NCBI GenBank assembly: GCA_048213135.1
Contig: PS015009.1
Coordinates: 1,674,001-1,738,000, forward strand
From: Reclinomonas americana ATCC 50394
Lineage: Eukaryota
Direction: 5' to 3'
Length of the DNA: 64,000 nt
The position numbers were made by a program, and so were the translations under genes. Position 1 is the stretch's first letter; the number at the start of each line of letters is the position of its first letter. The notes beneath the pieces were generated by a model. The model worked only from the letters and a program-made list of their open reading frames with translations, did not search any database and was not told the DNA's origin. Of the stretch, positions 32,082-41,983 are shown piece after piece.

Positions 32082-32717
32082 TCAATTTACAATAACGATG
32101 CCATTGCGGATGGCATACATTACCAGTCCCACCCGTGTTTTGAGATTCAGTTTTTCAAACAGGGCATCACGGTAGCCGTCGATAGTGCGGGGGCTGAGGT
32201 ACATTTTTTCCGCGATCTCTTTATAAGTGAGTTCTGTACAGGCGTATTTTAAAAATTCTGTTTCCCGGTCGTTGAGATGGGTAAGTCCATCCTTATCATT
32301 ACTGTTGATGGCGTGAATGAGCCGGCCACTCACCAGGTCGGAATAATAAAACCCGGTATCCAGTACGGAATCGATGGCTTTTTTCAACTCCGCCGGATCG
32401 CAGTCTTTGAGGATATACCCTCTTGCGCCGGCTTTGAGCATACGAATGATGCTGGTTTCATTATCGTACATGCTGAGTGCCAGTATTTTTATATGCGGAA
32501 GGTGCTGAACAAACCACTGCGTGGCTGAAAACCCATCCATTTCCGGCATATTGATATCCATCAGGATAAGATCGGGTTCATTGCCTTTTTTTACTGTTTC
32601 TATCAGTTCATTGCCATCATTGGCCTCAAAGGCAACATCATAGCCGAGGCTTTGCACGAGTATGGCAAGCCCGTTACGGAGCAGGGAGTGATCGTCGGCC
32701 AGGGCAATGGTGGGCAT
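32082..32717 (-). CDS. NarL/LuxR-family response regulator
   Basis: ADDHSLLR, MDINMPEMDG, GYILKD, LSPRTIDGYRDALFEKL. Confidence 0.95.
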   Translation of the reverse strand: MPTIALADDHSLLRNGLAILVQSLGYDVAFEANDGNELIETVKKGNEPDLILMDINMPEMDGFSATQWFVQHLPHIKILALSMYDNETSIIRMLKAGARGYILKDCDPAELKKAIDSVLDTGFYYSDLVSGRLIHAINSNDKDGLTHLNDRETEFLKYACTELTYKEIAEKMYLSPRTIDGYRDALFEKLNLKTRVGLVMYAIRNGIVIVN

Positions 32718-32830
32718 AAATGCTGGATTGAATTCTTAGAGCAAAATACATAAAGCTGCTGGAAAAAGAGTGAAATGACGGTTTTTATTCAGTAATAAAG
32801 TTGTATTCTGTTATTCCTAAACCAGCACAA

Positions 32831-33682
32831 ATGAAAAAATGTATACTTTTTGGGCTATCCTTATGCCTCACTGTTACAGTTTCCGCCCAGGAACAATCTT
32901 TTAAGAATGGCTTTCGCTTTTCCCGAAACCTGTTAAATAATAACCAGGACAGCCTCTTCCAGATGAAAGATACAACAGTTACAGTGTTGAAAGAGATAGG
33001 CTATCTCCAAAATTCGGGAGAAAAAATAATGAGCAGAAGTGATTCTGCTTATACGCTTTACATGTATAAAAGAAAATTCGGGGGAGGAGCTAAGCTAAAG
33101 GGGATTATCAAAGAAATAAATGAAGATTCCCTGTTTATTAAATTCTTCCCTTTTACCAAAGACCCTGCAAAGGATAGTGCAGGATATGTAAATTCCAGGA
33201 ATGAAAAAAGTGATTTTGTATTAAAAATGAATCGCTGGAATACTTCGATATGGAAAAATCAGTACAAGGATATACCGTATAAAAGCTTTCAGATCACGGC
33301 AGCCAATTTTCCTTTGCGGGTAAACCTGTCAGATGGGACCCTGGAAACGGGATTTACAAATGTGGCTGTGAGCATTTCAAGGGTTCATGGCCAGGCGAGG
33401 ATATATAAAAGTGAATTTATGAAACCGAGATTCCGATCCTGGGGTCATGGAGGAATAATCGGTATTGGTTCCCGTAAGGACATTAATGATAAAGAGGAGC
33501 TTTCTATTAACTATGGCGTTTCTTTTATCGCCTCTATTTACGGCGTTAAATTCCTGGTTGCCACAGGTTTTGAAAACGGCTTTAAGCGTACTTCAAAAAA
33601 AGCCTCCGGTTTTATAGGCTTTGGCTTTGGGCTTGATATCTATGAACTGGTGAGCCCGGAAATAAAGAAAAAGGGAGAATAG
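32831..33682 (+). CDS. Hypothetical secreted protein (AT-rich), possible C-terminal beta-barrel
   Basis: Signal peptide MKKCILFGLSLCLTVTVSA-Q; alternating aromatic/Gly strands near the C-terminus. Confidence 0.75.
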   Translation: MKKCILFGLSLCLTVTVSAQEQSFKNGFRFSRNLLNNNQDSLFQMKDTTVTVLKEIGYLQNSGEKIMSRSDSAYTLYMYKRKFGGGAKLKGIIKEINEDSLFIKFFPFTKDPAKDSAGYVNSRNEKSDFVLKMNRWNTSIWKNQYKDIPYKSFQITAANFPLRVNLSDGTLETGFTNVAVSISRVHGQARIYKSEFMKPRFRSWGHGGIIGIGSRKDINDKEELSINYGVSFIASIYGVKFLVATGFENGFKRTSKKASGFIGFGFGLDIYELVSPEIKKKGE

Positions 33683-33683
33683 G

Positions 33684-35306
33684 TCATTGTTTTGTTTTAT
33701 AAATTTTATTCCACTGAGAGTTGATGCGGGATTCACTTTGCTTATTAATGTCAGATTTAAAACTGTCGAGGATAATTTCTGTGAAATTGCCACCACTCTT
33801 AATATTGTTGTCAACCTTTTTATCTCCCTGGTAATATTCAGCAATGTAATTATTCCACTTGAGGTTTGACGGGCTTGACGCTTCTTTTAAGCGGTCCAGG
33901 GTATCGTAGTATTTTATCAATAACTTATTCCACCCGGTAAGGGAATTAAAAAGATTGTATCTTCTATTGGCAAGGGAACCCTTAAATTGTTCTCTGTTTG
34001 CAGGGAAAGTTATTGTTATTCCGTTGCCACCGATGTTTTCCCTGCCAAGAATTGCTTTTTTATAGTTACTGGACAGAAAAGAAGATATAATATCGTTTTG
34101 CAGAAGGGAAAGAACTTCTTTGATCATATCTCCAAGAACGTAGTCATTTTGCTTAAGGTAGTATAAAACATTCTCAAGAAACCATATGAGATCTATATTA
34201 TACATTGGGTAGTCAATTTTCTCTACTTCCATATCTTCCGTGGGCCTGTAGGTATAATCCCGGCATTTACTTCTTGCTGTATGTATAACCCCGCACAGCA
34301 GAGGCATTTTCTTAATAATGTGATCACACATCTGTTTGAAATGATACTGCAGGCTTTCTGTATCTGTAGCTTTTGCAGACAATAATTTTATTGTACTGGT
34401 ATGCGTCACGGAAACACCCATTTTCCTGAACTCCTCAATCTCCGAATCATAATCCGCGTAATTCCTGTAATAAAAAACCGCGACAAGCATACGGGCGACT
34501 TCACTATCATTTATCTCTTCACGCTGAATAATTTTGGAGCAAAATTCCTTATAGCCCAACCCTAATGCCGGCATTTCATCGGCAGATGCAATAAAGTTTT
34601 TCGTTACCGGGGAAAAGGTAAAGGCGTTTTCAATTTGTTGTCCCCAGCAGCAATCCAGGCATATGAATCCTAATCCCTGAAAGCCAAATATGGCATAAAG
34701 TGAGGTGGCCAATTTCCTATAGGTCAGTGTTTGCTCCTCCCTGTACCTGCGTTTGCTATAAATCGCAGTCACGAAGGAGGCATCTGACCTTTTCCTGGAA
34801 AAACCGTAATAAGCGAAGCTGCCTTCATAGTTAAGATATCTCCTCTTCTCACTCAGGTAGGCATCAATTTTTTCTTCACTCCAGTTGGGATTAATTTTGT
34901 ATATCTTTTCTACATAAACGGCGGAAGAAATATCGGTCTCGCCGGGTCCTCCATGCCCTTTGTAAATAACGCCATAGTTCCTGGCCTTGTATTCCTTTTT
35001 AATATAGCTGAAAAAGAAGCGAAGAATCTTCATGCCTGCAAGATTTTCACTTCTGCTTATATGTACAGGCCGGTCAATCAGGAAGCCGTTTTCTGTCTTT
35101 ACTTCGTATAGGCTGGGTCTTGAGAAGGTCGGGGAGAACTTATTCATCTCAAGGCCATCAAAAAGGATGAGAAAGTTTACTTTGTCATTACTACCGGCTG
35201 CATATATTTCTTCTATGCATTTAATGGATTCATTTATAAGGTTATTTTCTCCACTGACTATAAAAAGTATAGTCCAGGTGGCAGCGGGTTTCTTTTTGTG
35301 GTACAC
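33684..35306 (-). CDS. Clostripain-family (C11) cysteine peptidase
   Basis: WTILFIVSGENNL N-motif, YKGHGG (catalytic His), ICLDCCWGQQIENAF (D-x-C catalytic Cys), IASAD. Start is uncertain; GTG at 35306 chosen. Confidence 0.78.
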   Translation of the reverse strand: MYHKKKPAATWTILFIVSGENNLINESIKCIEEIYAAGSNDKVNFLILFDGLEMNKFSPTFSRPSLYEVKTENGFLIDRPVHISRSENLAGMKILRFFFSYIKKEYKARNYGVIYKGHGGPGETDISSAVYVEKIYKINPNWSEEKIDAYLSEKRRYLNYEGSFAYYGFSRKRSDASFVTAIYSKRRYREEQTLTYRKLATSLYAIFGFQGLGFICLDCCWGQQIENAFTFSPVTKNFIASADEMPALGLGYKEFCSKIIQREEINDSEVARMLVAVFYYRNYADYDSEIEEFRKMGVSVTHTSTIKLLSAKATDTESLQYHFKQMCDHIIKKMPLLCGVIHTARSKCRDYTYRPTEDMEVEKIDYPMYNIDLIWFLENVLYYLKQNDYVLGDMIKEVLSLLQNDIISSFLSSNYKKAILGRENIGGNGITITFPANREQFKGSLANRRYNLFNSLTGWNKLLIKYYDTLDRLKEASSPSNLKWNNYIAEYYQGDKKVDNNIKSGGNFTEIILDSFKSDINKQSESRINSQWNKIYKTKQ

Positions 35307-35345
35307 TGTTGCTGGTTTTAAACTAAATTTAAACAAATTAACTGC

Positions 35346-38300
35346 ATGACAAAAGGGTTTTTTCACGGTTTCCTGCTTGCCCTGGTCCTCTGTACCCAAT
35401 TGTCTGCACAGATATCGGTATTTAAATCTTATACGTTTCGGGAGGGTTTAAATACTTACGGAATTAATAAATGTATACAGGATAAGTTTGGTTATATATG
35501 GGTAGCTACACAGGATGGCATCTACCGGTTTAACGGCCGCTCTTTTGAAGTACTTAAAAGTAATATCACGGGCCCAACTGGTCCGGCGGGTAATTGCTTC
35601 TTTGATATTGGAAATGACGAAGATGCAAATATTTACGCTGTTGATTTTAATAAGGGCATCGATATTATTAACACAAGAGACCTTTCTGTAAGTGTACCCG
35701 GAGACAGCAAAACGCTTTTTGCACAGCTTCCCAACCTTTGGTTAAAAAAAATATATACGGATCAGAGTGGAAATATATGGATAGGCGGGCGGGATTTCCT
35801 CGCTTGTAAAATGAAAGATGCTGATGCATTTAATCTCATCCAACCACCACCCGACTGCAAAACTCCTATGGATATATCATTTATTAAACCCATTTCCAGT
35901 GAGTTTTTACTTATAGGAGTAGGAGGATATGGTATTTTATTGTTTGATACACGTACAACGAAATTAGTAACAGTTGTCAGGAAACTTGATGCCGGGAATG
36001 CACAGATCTTCGATGAGGTTAAGGATATGGTAATGGAAAAGGATACGGCGTACTTACTGACAGAGCGATCTATTGTAAAAGGACTTTTCAAAAGTGGCAG
36101 CTGGCAACTTGTTCAGCGATACGACTATCCTGAATTTGCAAAACTTGTTGTGAACTGCATGGTAAAAGACAATACGGGAAGATTTCTGGTGGGTACCAAT
36201 TCCGGTTTGGTTGAAACGAATATTGCTACAGCTCACTTTAAGATATACACTGCAGAGCCGGGCAAACAGCGCTGGTTACAGGATAATATGATCAATGATC
36301 TTATGATCGATAACCATGATAATCTCTGGATTAGTACCTCGAAGATGCTGCATATGGCGCATTTGCCGGAAAGTGGCTTCCAGACTTTTACAGGAGAACA
36401 ACCAGGAAGCGATCGCATGGATCATATCTATACGCTTATGCCTAAAAACGATAACGAGATATTTGCAACGGGAACCGGCGGTCTTTATCTCACGAATTTG
36501 GAAAGAAAACATACAAAAATGATCCGCGGTTCTTCTGCTCTTGGCCTGGTGCATCATATTGAGCAGGTAGAACCTGGGTTATGGTTGGTTTCTTCAGACA
36601 AAGGCATGTATGCTTATGATCCTCAAAGCAACAGGTTATCCCAGGAACTGCTGATCAAAAAATTTCCAGAATGGAAAGCATATCGGAACACCTATTTTAA
36701 TACAGCTTATAGAAAAGGAGATGTGTTTTACTGGGCAAGTGAAGAACAGGAAGGGCTGATAAAATGGGACAAAAAAAACAGAATAATTCAAGCGTTCAAA
36801 AACGGAACTCCCCTTTCCGGAGGCTTGCCGGAAAACCACATCCATAATCTTAAAACGGATAGGGAAAATAATCTCTGGTTGCTGATGGACAATTACCTGG
36901 CCCGTTTTGACACGCAACTCGACAGTGTAACGTTTATGCTGGCGTATACCATAGAATCACGCACAGGCCTTAACTCCTCCAGCTATTTTGATCTTTTTGA
37001 CGATGGTAATACCATCTGGATAAGTACCTATGGCGGAGGATTAAATGGATACAATAAGAAAAGTGGCAGCTGGAAATATATTACCGAAAAGGAAGGGCTG
37101 TCCAACAACTGTGTTTATGGAATATTGCCCGAAAAGGACAGCCTGTTCTGGGTAAGTACGAACATGGGGCTTTCAAGGGTAAATTATATAACAGGAAGTT
37201 GTATCAATTATTATTATGAAGATGGTTTGCAGGATAATTTTTTTGATGAAAAAAGTTCATTGCGGATAAATCAAAAACTTTATTTCGGCGGCATCAACGG
37301 GTTTACAGAAATTGATCTTGATAAATTTAATAAACAGGAATATAATACCCCGGTTTACATAGACCGGATTGATTATTCCGTAAACAATAAAAAAAATATA
37401 TGCTATAACCTGGAATGGGATAAACTGGTACTTCCTTCTGGTACAAATCTCATCAGTATTCACTTGTCTGCATTAAATTATGTAAATAATCATAAGGTGA
37501 AATTCTACTATAGTATTGAAGGGATGCAGAAGTATTATATTGAAGTGAATGACGATAATATAATTACACTGAATACACTTTCTTATGGATCGTACACCAT
37601 CAATATTGGTTACAAAAATGAAAATGGAATTTTTATAGACCGGGCTCTCAGGCTGAATATTTACCTGCAACCCAAATGGTTTCAGACCTGGTGGTTTAAA
37701 TTGCTCGTTGGATTGATTATTTCAGGATTTATTTATGCCCTTTACCGTTACCGGATATCACAGATCAAAAAACAACACGAGATCCGCAAAAGCATCGCCG
37801 CCGACCTGCACGATGATCTCGGCAGCACTCTCAACAGCGTAAAAGTATTCACCAACCTGGCCATCGGTGGCGTCAAACAGGAAGAAAGTCTGCAACAGAT
37901 AAAAGACAATCTCAATGAGGCCACCATAGGGCTCCGGGATATGATATGGGTGCTGGACGATTCGCTGGATACCGTAGATGAACTGGTCACCCGGCTCAAA
38001 CAGTATGCTATTCCTATTACTGCTGCCAGTAATATGGAGCTGAAAATTGTCGCCGATTTTGAAGCCGGGAAACAGAAAATGACCAAAGAGGAAAAGCGCA
38101 ATCTTTTCCTGGTGTGCAAAGAAGTGATCAACAATGCCATCAAATACTCAGGCGCTTCGCTTATACTGGTGCACATACAGCCTTCAGGTAAAAAGATCAG
38201 GATCGATATTACAGATAATGGTTCCGGGTTCGACACAGGGAAAGTAAAAAAAGGGTACGGGCTGAACAATATGCAGTACCGGGCCAAACAGATCGGTTAC

Positions 38301-38357
38301 CATGTCCGGATGCAATCCGAACCAGGTAAAGGAACAACCATAACCCTTCTTTGCTGA
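35346..38357 (+). CDS. Beta-propeller/Y_Y_Y sensor histidine kinase (HisKA_3)
   Basis: QDKFGYIWVATQDG-type Reg_prop repeats, PKWFQTWWF TM segment, IAADLHDDLGSTL, KEVINNAIKYS, DNGSG, GYGLNNM. Confidence 0.92.
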   Translation: MTKGFFHGFLLALVLCTQLSAQISVFKSYTFREGLNTYGINKCIQDKFGYIWVATQDGIYRFNGRSFEVLKSNITGPTGPAGNCFFDIGNDEDANIYAVDFNKGIDIINTRDLSVSVPGDSKTLFAQLPNLWLKKIYTDQSGNIWIGGRDFLACKMKDADAFNLIQPPPDCKTPMDISFIKPISSEFLLIGVGGYGILLFDTRTTKLVTVVRKLDAGNAQIFDEVKDMVMEKDTAYLLTERSIVKGLFKSGSWQLVQRYDYPEFAKLVVNCMVKDNTGRFLVGTNSGLVETNIATAHFKIYTAEPGKQRWLQDNMINDLMIDNHDNLWISTSKMLHMAHLPESGFQTFTGEQPGSDRMDHIYTLMPKNDNEIFATGTGGLYLTNLERKHTKMIRGSSALGLVHHIEQVEPGLWLVSSDKGMYAYDPQSNRLSQELLIKKFPEWKAYRNTYFNTAYRKGDVFYWASEEQEGLIKWDKKNRIIQAFKNGTPLSGGLPENHIHNLKTDRENNLWLLMDNYLARFDTQLDSVTFMLAYTIESRTGLNSSSYFDLFDDGNTIWISTYGGGLNGYNKKSGSWKYITEKEGLSNNCVYGILPEKDSLFWVSTNMGLSRVNYITGSCINYYYEDGLQDNFFDEKSSLRINQKLYFGGINGFTEIDLDKFNKQEYNTPVYIDRIDYSVNNKKNICYNLEWDKLVLPSGTNLISIHLSALNYVNNHKVKFYYSIEGMQKYYIEVNDDNIITLNTLSYGSYTINIGYKNENGIFIDRALRLNIYLQPKWFQTWWFKLLVGLIISGFIYALYRYRISQIKKQHEIRKSIAADLHDDLGSTLNSVKVFTNLAIGGVKQEESLQQIKDNLNEATIGLRDMIWVLDDSLDTVDELVTRLKQYAIPITAASNMELKIVADFEAGKQKMTKEEKRNLFLVCKEVINNAIKYSGASLILVHIQPSGKKIRIDITDNGSGFDTGKVKKGYGLNNMQYRAKQIGYHVRMQSEPGKGTTITLLC

Positions 38358-38544
38358 TAACCCTGTGTAGTAAAATACATCTACCGTGTTTTCACCCTTT
38401 CTGCCCTGCTAACTCTCTCACATCTTTGCCTTGTATTTCATACAGAAATCACCGTCTTCCCTTACTCTTGAAAATAAACTGATCCCGGATACATTCCGCC
38501 CGTTGAAACTCCATTCTTTCCAAACCAGGTAAACCAGTTTCAAC

Positions 38545-39792
38545 ATGAAAAAGGCATTTCTATTCTTCCTGCTCATTCCATTCTTCAGTTATGCGCAGGT
38601 CGTAACCCAGGGCATCTGCACAAGATCGGCAGGAGATGTATTCACGCTCAATGGCATCAGCCAGAATCCTTATGCAGGGCGGTTCTTCTGCACCGCACCC
38701 GTCAACCTGAATAACAATTTCGATCTCCGGTTCAATGCCTACCTCGGAAATATATTCAATAACGGTATGGCTTTTCTATTTATACCGGGCACTCAGCCAA
38801 CGGCAACCAATCCGCCAGTGGTAATCAGTACCGACAATATTCACAACTTCGGCACCGGCAGCATCACCAGCGATTTCGTGATTGAGTTCGATATCCGTGG
38901 AAGTTTCTGCGCTGCCGGGCAGAACACCAATTATGAACCCACAACAGATATTAACCATATCTCTTACTGGAGAAATAACTCGTCCTGCACTTTTGGTAAC
39001 TACTATTCGCCTTATTCAGCGTTGGGAACGGTCAACTATTATGCTTATGAGCCCTATCGCATCCGGTGGACAAAAAGCACCAATACCCTCGAGACTTACT
39101 ATAATAATGTACTCATCAAATCGAATGTTGTGGATCTTGTTGGTTTACTGGGTACAACGGTATACTGGGGGTTTTCTGCCGGTTGTTATTGTGTAACCGG
39201 CGGGCCAGTGATCACAGACATGACCCTGAACGGGACGAAAGTTCTGCCGCTGTCGCTTACAGACTTCGACGCCGAAGCAAAAGATAACGCTGTTCAGTTG
39301 CAATGGCGAACAGGCTACGAGCAGAACACATCGCATTTTATACTCGAAAGAAGCGGGGATGGGATACAATTTTCTCCCCTTCAAAGGATTGCAGCAACAG
39401 GCAACAGCACCCTACCGCTTAATTATAAAGCAATTGATCAGGAACCGCTCAGCGGTACTGTTTTTTACAGGCTGAAAATGCTCGATACCGACGGCCGGTT
39501 CTCTTACAGTAAAATACTGGCAGTAAAAATGAATGCTTTGGCAAAAAAGGCCATCATCTTTCCTAATCCGGTCTCCAGTGAACTGCATGTACAGGTACCT
39601 GCGGGTAAGAAAGGAAAATGTACCCTGCAGGTGACCGATGGTTTGGGGCGTGTGCTCAAACAACAGCAGGTACAACTCAATAACAACCCACTTTCCTTTA
39701 CTATAAATATACAGGACCTGCAGCCCGGTGTTTACTGGTTACAGGTACAGTATACCGATGGCCGGGATACCCAAAAGATCGTGAAACAATAA
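38545..39792 (+). CDS. L-type (legume) lectin-like domain protein with T9SS C-terminal domain
   Basis: GMAFLF, VIEFD, INHI, VYWGFSAG lectin motifs; LPLSLTDF linker; IFPNPV CTD. Confidence 0.82.
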   Translation: MKKAFLFFLLIPFFSYAQVVTQGICTRSAGDVFTLNGISQNPYAGRFFCTAPVNLNNNFDLRFNAYLGNIFNNGMAFLFIPGTQPTATNPPVVISTDNIHNFGTGSITSDFVIEFDIRGSFCAAGQNTNYEPTTDINHISYWRNNSSCTFGNYYSPYSALGTVNYYAYEPYRIRWTKSTNTLETYYNNVLIKSNVVDLVGLLGTTVYWGFSAGCYCVTGGPVITDMTLNGTKVLPLSLTDFDAEAKDNAVQLQWRTGYEQNTSHFILERSGDGIQFSPLQRIAATGNSTLPLNYKAIDQEPLSGTVFYRLKMLDTDGRFSYSKILAVKMNALAKKAIIFPNPVSSELHVQVPAGKKGKCTLQVTDGLGRVLKQQQVQLNNNPLSFTINIQDLQPGVYWLQVQYTDGRDTQKIVKQ

Positions 39793-39926
39793 CCCGGATA
39801 TATAATAAATGCAGCAGTTTCCCCCCGTTTTTGACTCGTTTTACCCGTTAATGAAAAAATAACGTCAAAATTTTTACTGAAAATCAACAACTTGCAAAGG
39901 GGTCTTGTAAAATAGATCCCTTTTTC

Positions 39927-39959
39927 TTTGGAAAATAGGCTCATTGGACGCTACCTTTG
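39927..39959 (+). promoter_or_regulatory. Bacteroidota primary-sigma promoter of the rplM operon
   Basis: TTTG (39927-39930), 21-nt spacer, TACCTTTG (39952-39959). Confidence 0.75.
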
Positions 39960-40043
39960 CCGTCCCAAAAACAAGGGAGGCTTACGGGATGGCGTAAGCT
40001 TATATCTAATTAAAAACGCCGGGTTATCCGGAAAAAAACAAAA

Positions 40044-40487
40044 ATGAGCAAGTTACATTTCACAACCAAACACGCGAACGCGGCTACCGTAAAGCACAAC
40101 TGGTATGTTGTTGACGGTACTAATCAAACCGTAGGTCGTATGTGTGCCAAAATTGCGGCTGTTCTTCGTGGTAAGAACAAGGCCTATTACACACCTCACG
40201 TAGATTGCGGTGATTTCATCATTGTTACCAACTGCGAAAAAGTAAAATTCACAGGTAACAAAATGGAAGACAAAGTATATGACACTTTCAGTGGCTACCC
40301 CGGTGGCCGTAAGGAAGAAGCTGCTAAAAACCTGCTGAAACGCAGGCCTGAAGTGGTGATCGAAAGAGCAGTTAAAGGCATGCTGCCTAAGAACCGCCTG
40401 GGTCGCCAGATGTACAAAAAACTGTTTGTATACCAGGGTGGCGAACATCCTCATGGCGCACAGCAACCTAAAGAACTGAAATTCTAA
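40044..40487 (+). CDS. rplM: 50S ribosomal protein L13
   Basis: WYVVDG...GR...LRGKNK..YTPHVDCGD, AVKGMLPKNRLGR. Confidence 0.98.
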   Translation: MSKLHFTTKHANAATVKHNWYVVDGTNQTVGRMCAKIAAVLRGKNKAYYTPHVDCGDFIIVTNCEKVKFTGNKMEDKVYDTFSGYPGGRKEEAAKNLLKRRPEVVIERAVKGMLPKNRLGRQMYKKLFVYQGGEHPHGAQQPKELKF

Positions 40488-40514
40488 TCATCTAAATTCC
40501 AAATACAACTATAA

Positions 40515-40904
40515 ATGGAAAAGCAAAAAAATGCAGTCGGCCGTAGGAAAGAAGCGGTAACCCGTGTTTTCCTTTCTAAAGGTGACGGAAAGATCACCAT
40601 TAACGGTAAAGACTATAAAGTGTACTTCCCCCTGGTATATCTTCAAAACCAGGTAGAAGCGCCATTAAAAACTGTTGAATCTGCCGACAAATTTGATGTG
40701 GTAGTAAACGCAACCGGCGGTGGTGTTAAAGGCCAGGCCGAAGCGGCCAAACTGGGTATTGCCCGTGCACTGATCGAAGTAAGCGCTGATTACCGTCCTG
40801 CTCTTAAAGCAGCCGGTCTGCTTAAACGTGACCCACGTTCTGTTGAACGTAAAAAACCAGGTCGCAAAAAAGCGAGAAGGAGCTACCAGTTCAGCAAACG
40901 TTAA
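40515..40904 (+). CDS. rpsI: 30S ribosomal protein S9
   Basis: GRRKEAV, GGGVKGQAEA, RDPRSVERKKPG...QFSKR. Confidence 0.98.
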   Translation: MEKQKNAVGRRKEAVTRVFLSKGDGKITINGKDYKVYFPLVYLQNQVEAPLKTVESADKFDVVVNATGGGVKGQAEAAKLGIARALIEVSADYRPALKAAGLLKRDPRSVERKKPGRKKARRSYQFSKR

Positions 40905-40910
40905 TATACT

Positions 40911-40990
40911 ATGTAGCAGGTATAAAGTAGCAGGTAGCCAAACAAATGCATTTCCTGTCTTGATACTTGATACTTATATCTTGATACTTT
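40911..40990. repeat. 7-mer periodic repeats between rpsI and rpsB
   Basis: GTAGCAGGTA twice, then CTTGATA-CTTGATA-CTTATAT-CTTGATA. Confidence 0.6.
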
Positions 40991-41011
40991 TAAAAATTTC
41001 AACAATAAACA

Positions 41012-41896
41012 ATGGAAAATAATACTTCCTTACAACAGCAACTTCTTGAAGCAGGCGTACACTTCGGTCACCTGAAAAAGAAGTGGAACCCTAAAATGCT
41101 GCCTTATATTTTCGCTGAAAAGAAAGGTATCCATATCATCGACCTCAACAAAACCGTAGAAGGTCTGCAGGAATCTGCAGCGGCCCTCAAAGCCATTGCC
41201 CGCAGCGGTAAAAAGATCATGTTCGTAGCCACCAAAAAGCAGGCGAAAGAGATCGTAAGTGAATGCGCCAAACGCGTTAACATGCCTTACGTTACTGAAC
41301 GCTGGCTGGGTGGTATGCTCACCAACTTCAACACCGTTCGTAAGAGCGTGAAGAAAATGCAGAGCATCGAAAAAATGCTGGCCGACGGCAGCGCAGAAAG
41401 CCTGACCAAAAAAGAACGCCTCACCCTGTCACGCGATAAGGATAAAATGGAGAAAGTACTCGGTGGTATCTCGCAGATCAGCCGTGTGCCTGCAGCCCTG
41501 TTCATGGTCGACATTGGCCACGAACACATCGCCCTGGCTGAAGCCAAAAAACTCAACATCAGCACCTTCGGTATGGTGGATACCAACTGCGATCCCAACA
41601 AGATCGACTTTGCTATCCCTTCCAACGACGATGCTACCAAATCTATCGCCATCATCGTTAACTACCTGACCGCCGCTATCGCGGAAGGTTTACAGGAACG
41701 CCAGGCTGATAAAGATGACGACGACAGCAACGATAGTGAAGAAACCGCAGAAGCAAAAGCAGCACGTTTTGAACAACGCGTTGACGGTGGTGGTGAAGAC
41801 AGGAACAAACGTGGTGGTGGTCGCGGTGTTGCCGCTCAGCCTAAGCGTCGCGTACCAGGTCCTGGTGCCGGTGGCAGAAGGCCGGCTGGCAAATAA
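41012..41896 (+). CDS. rpsB: 30S ribosomal protein S2
   Basis: LLEAGVHFGH, WNPKM, RWLGGMLTNF, VDTNCDP, NDDA. Confidence 0.98.
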   Translation: MENNTSLQQQLLEAGVHFGHLKKKWNPKMLPYIFAEKKGIHIIDLNKTVEGLQESAAALKAIARSGKKIMFVATKKQAKEIVSECAKRVNMPYVTERWLGGMLTNFNTVRKSVKKMQSIEKMLADGSAESLTKKERLTLSRDKDKMEKVLGGISQISRVPAALFMVDIGHEHIALAEAKKLNISTFGMVDTNCDPNKIDFAIPSNDDATKSIAIIVNYLTAAIAEGLQERQADKDDDDSNDSEETAEAKAARFEQRVDGGGEDRNKRGGGRGVAAQPKRRVPGPGAGGRRPAGK

Positions 41897-41944
41897 ACCG
41901 TTTTACGCGTGGAGTGATCTGTTATTAGCTTAAAGAAACACACC

Positions 41945-41975
41945 ATTCGTAATTCGTAATTCATAATTCATAATT
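41945..41975. repeat. 7-mer repeat (AATTCRT)n upstream of tsf
   Basis: ATTCGT-AATTCGT-AATTCAT-AATTCAT-AATT; reverse complement of the unit at 9091-9115. Confidence 0.7.
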
Positions 41976-41983
41976 ATATTATC

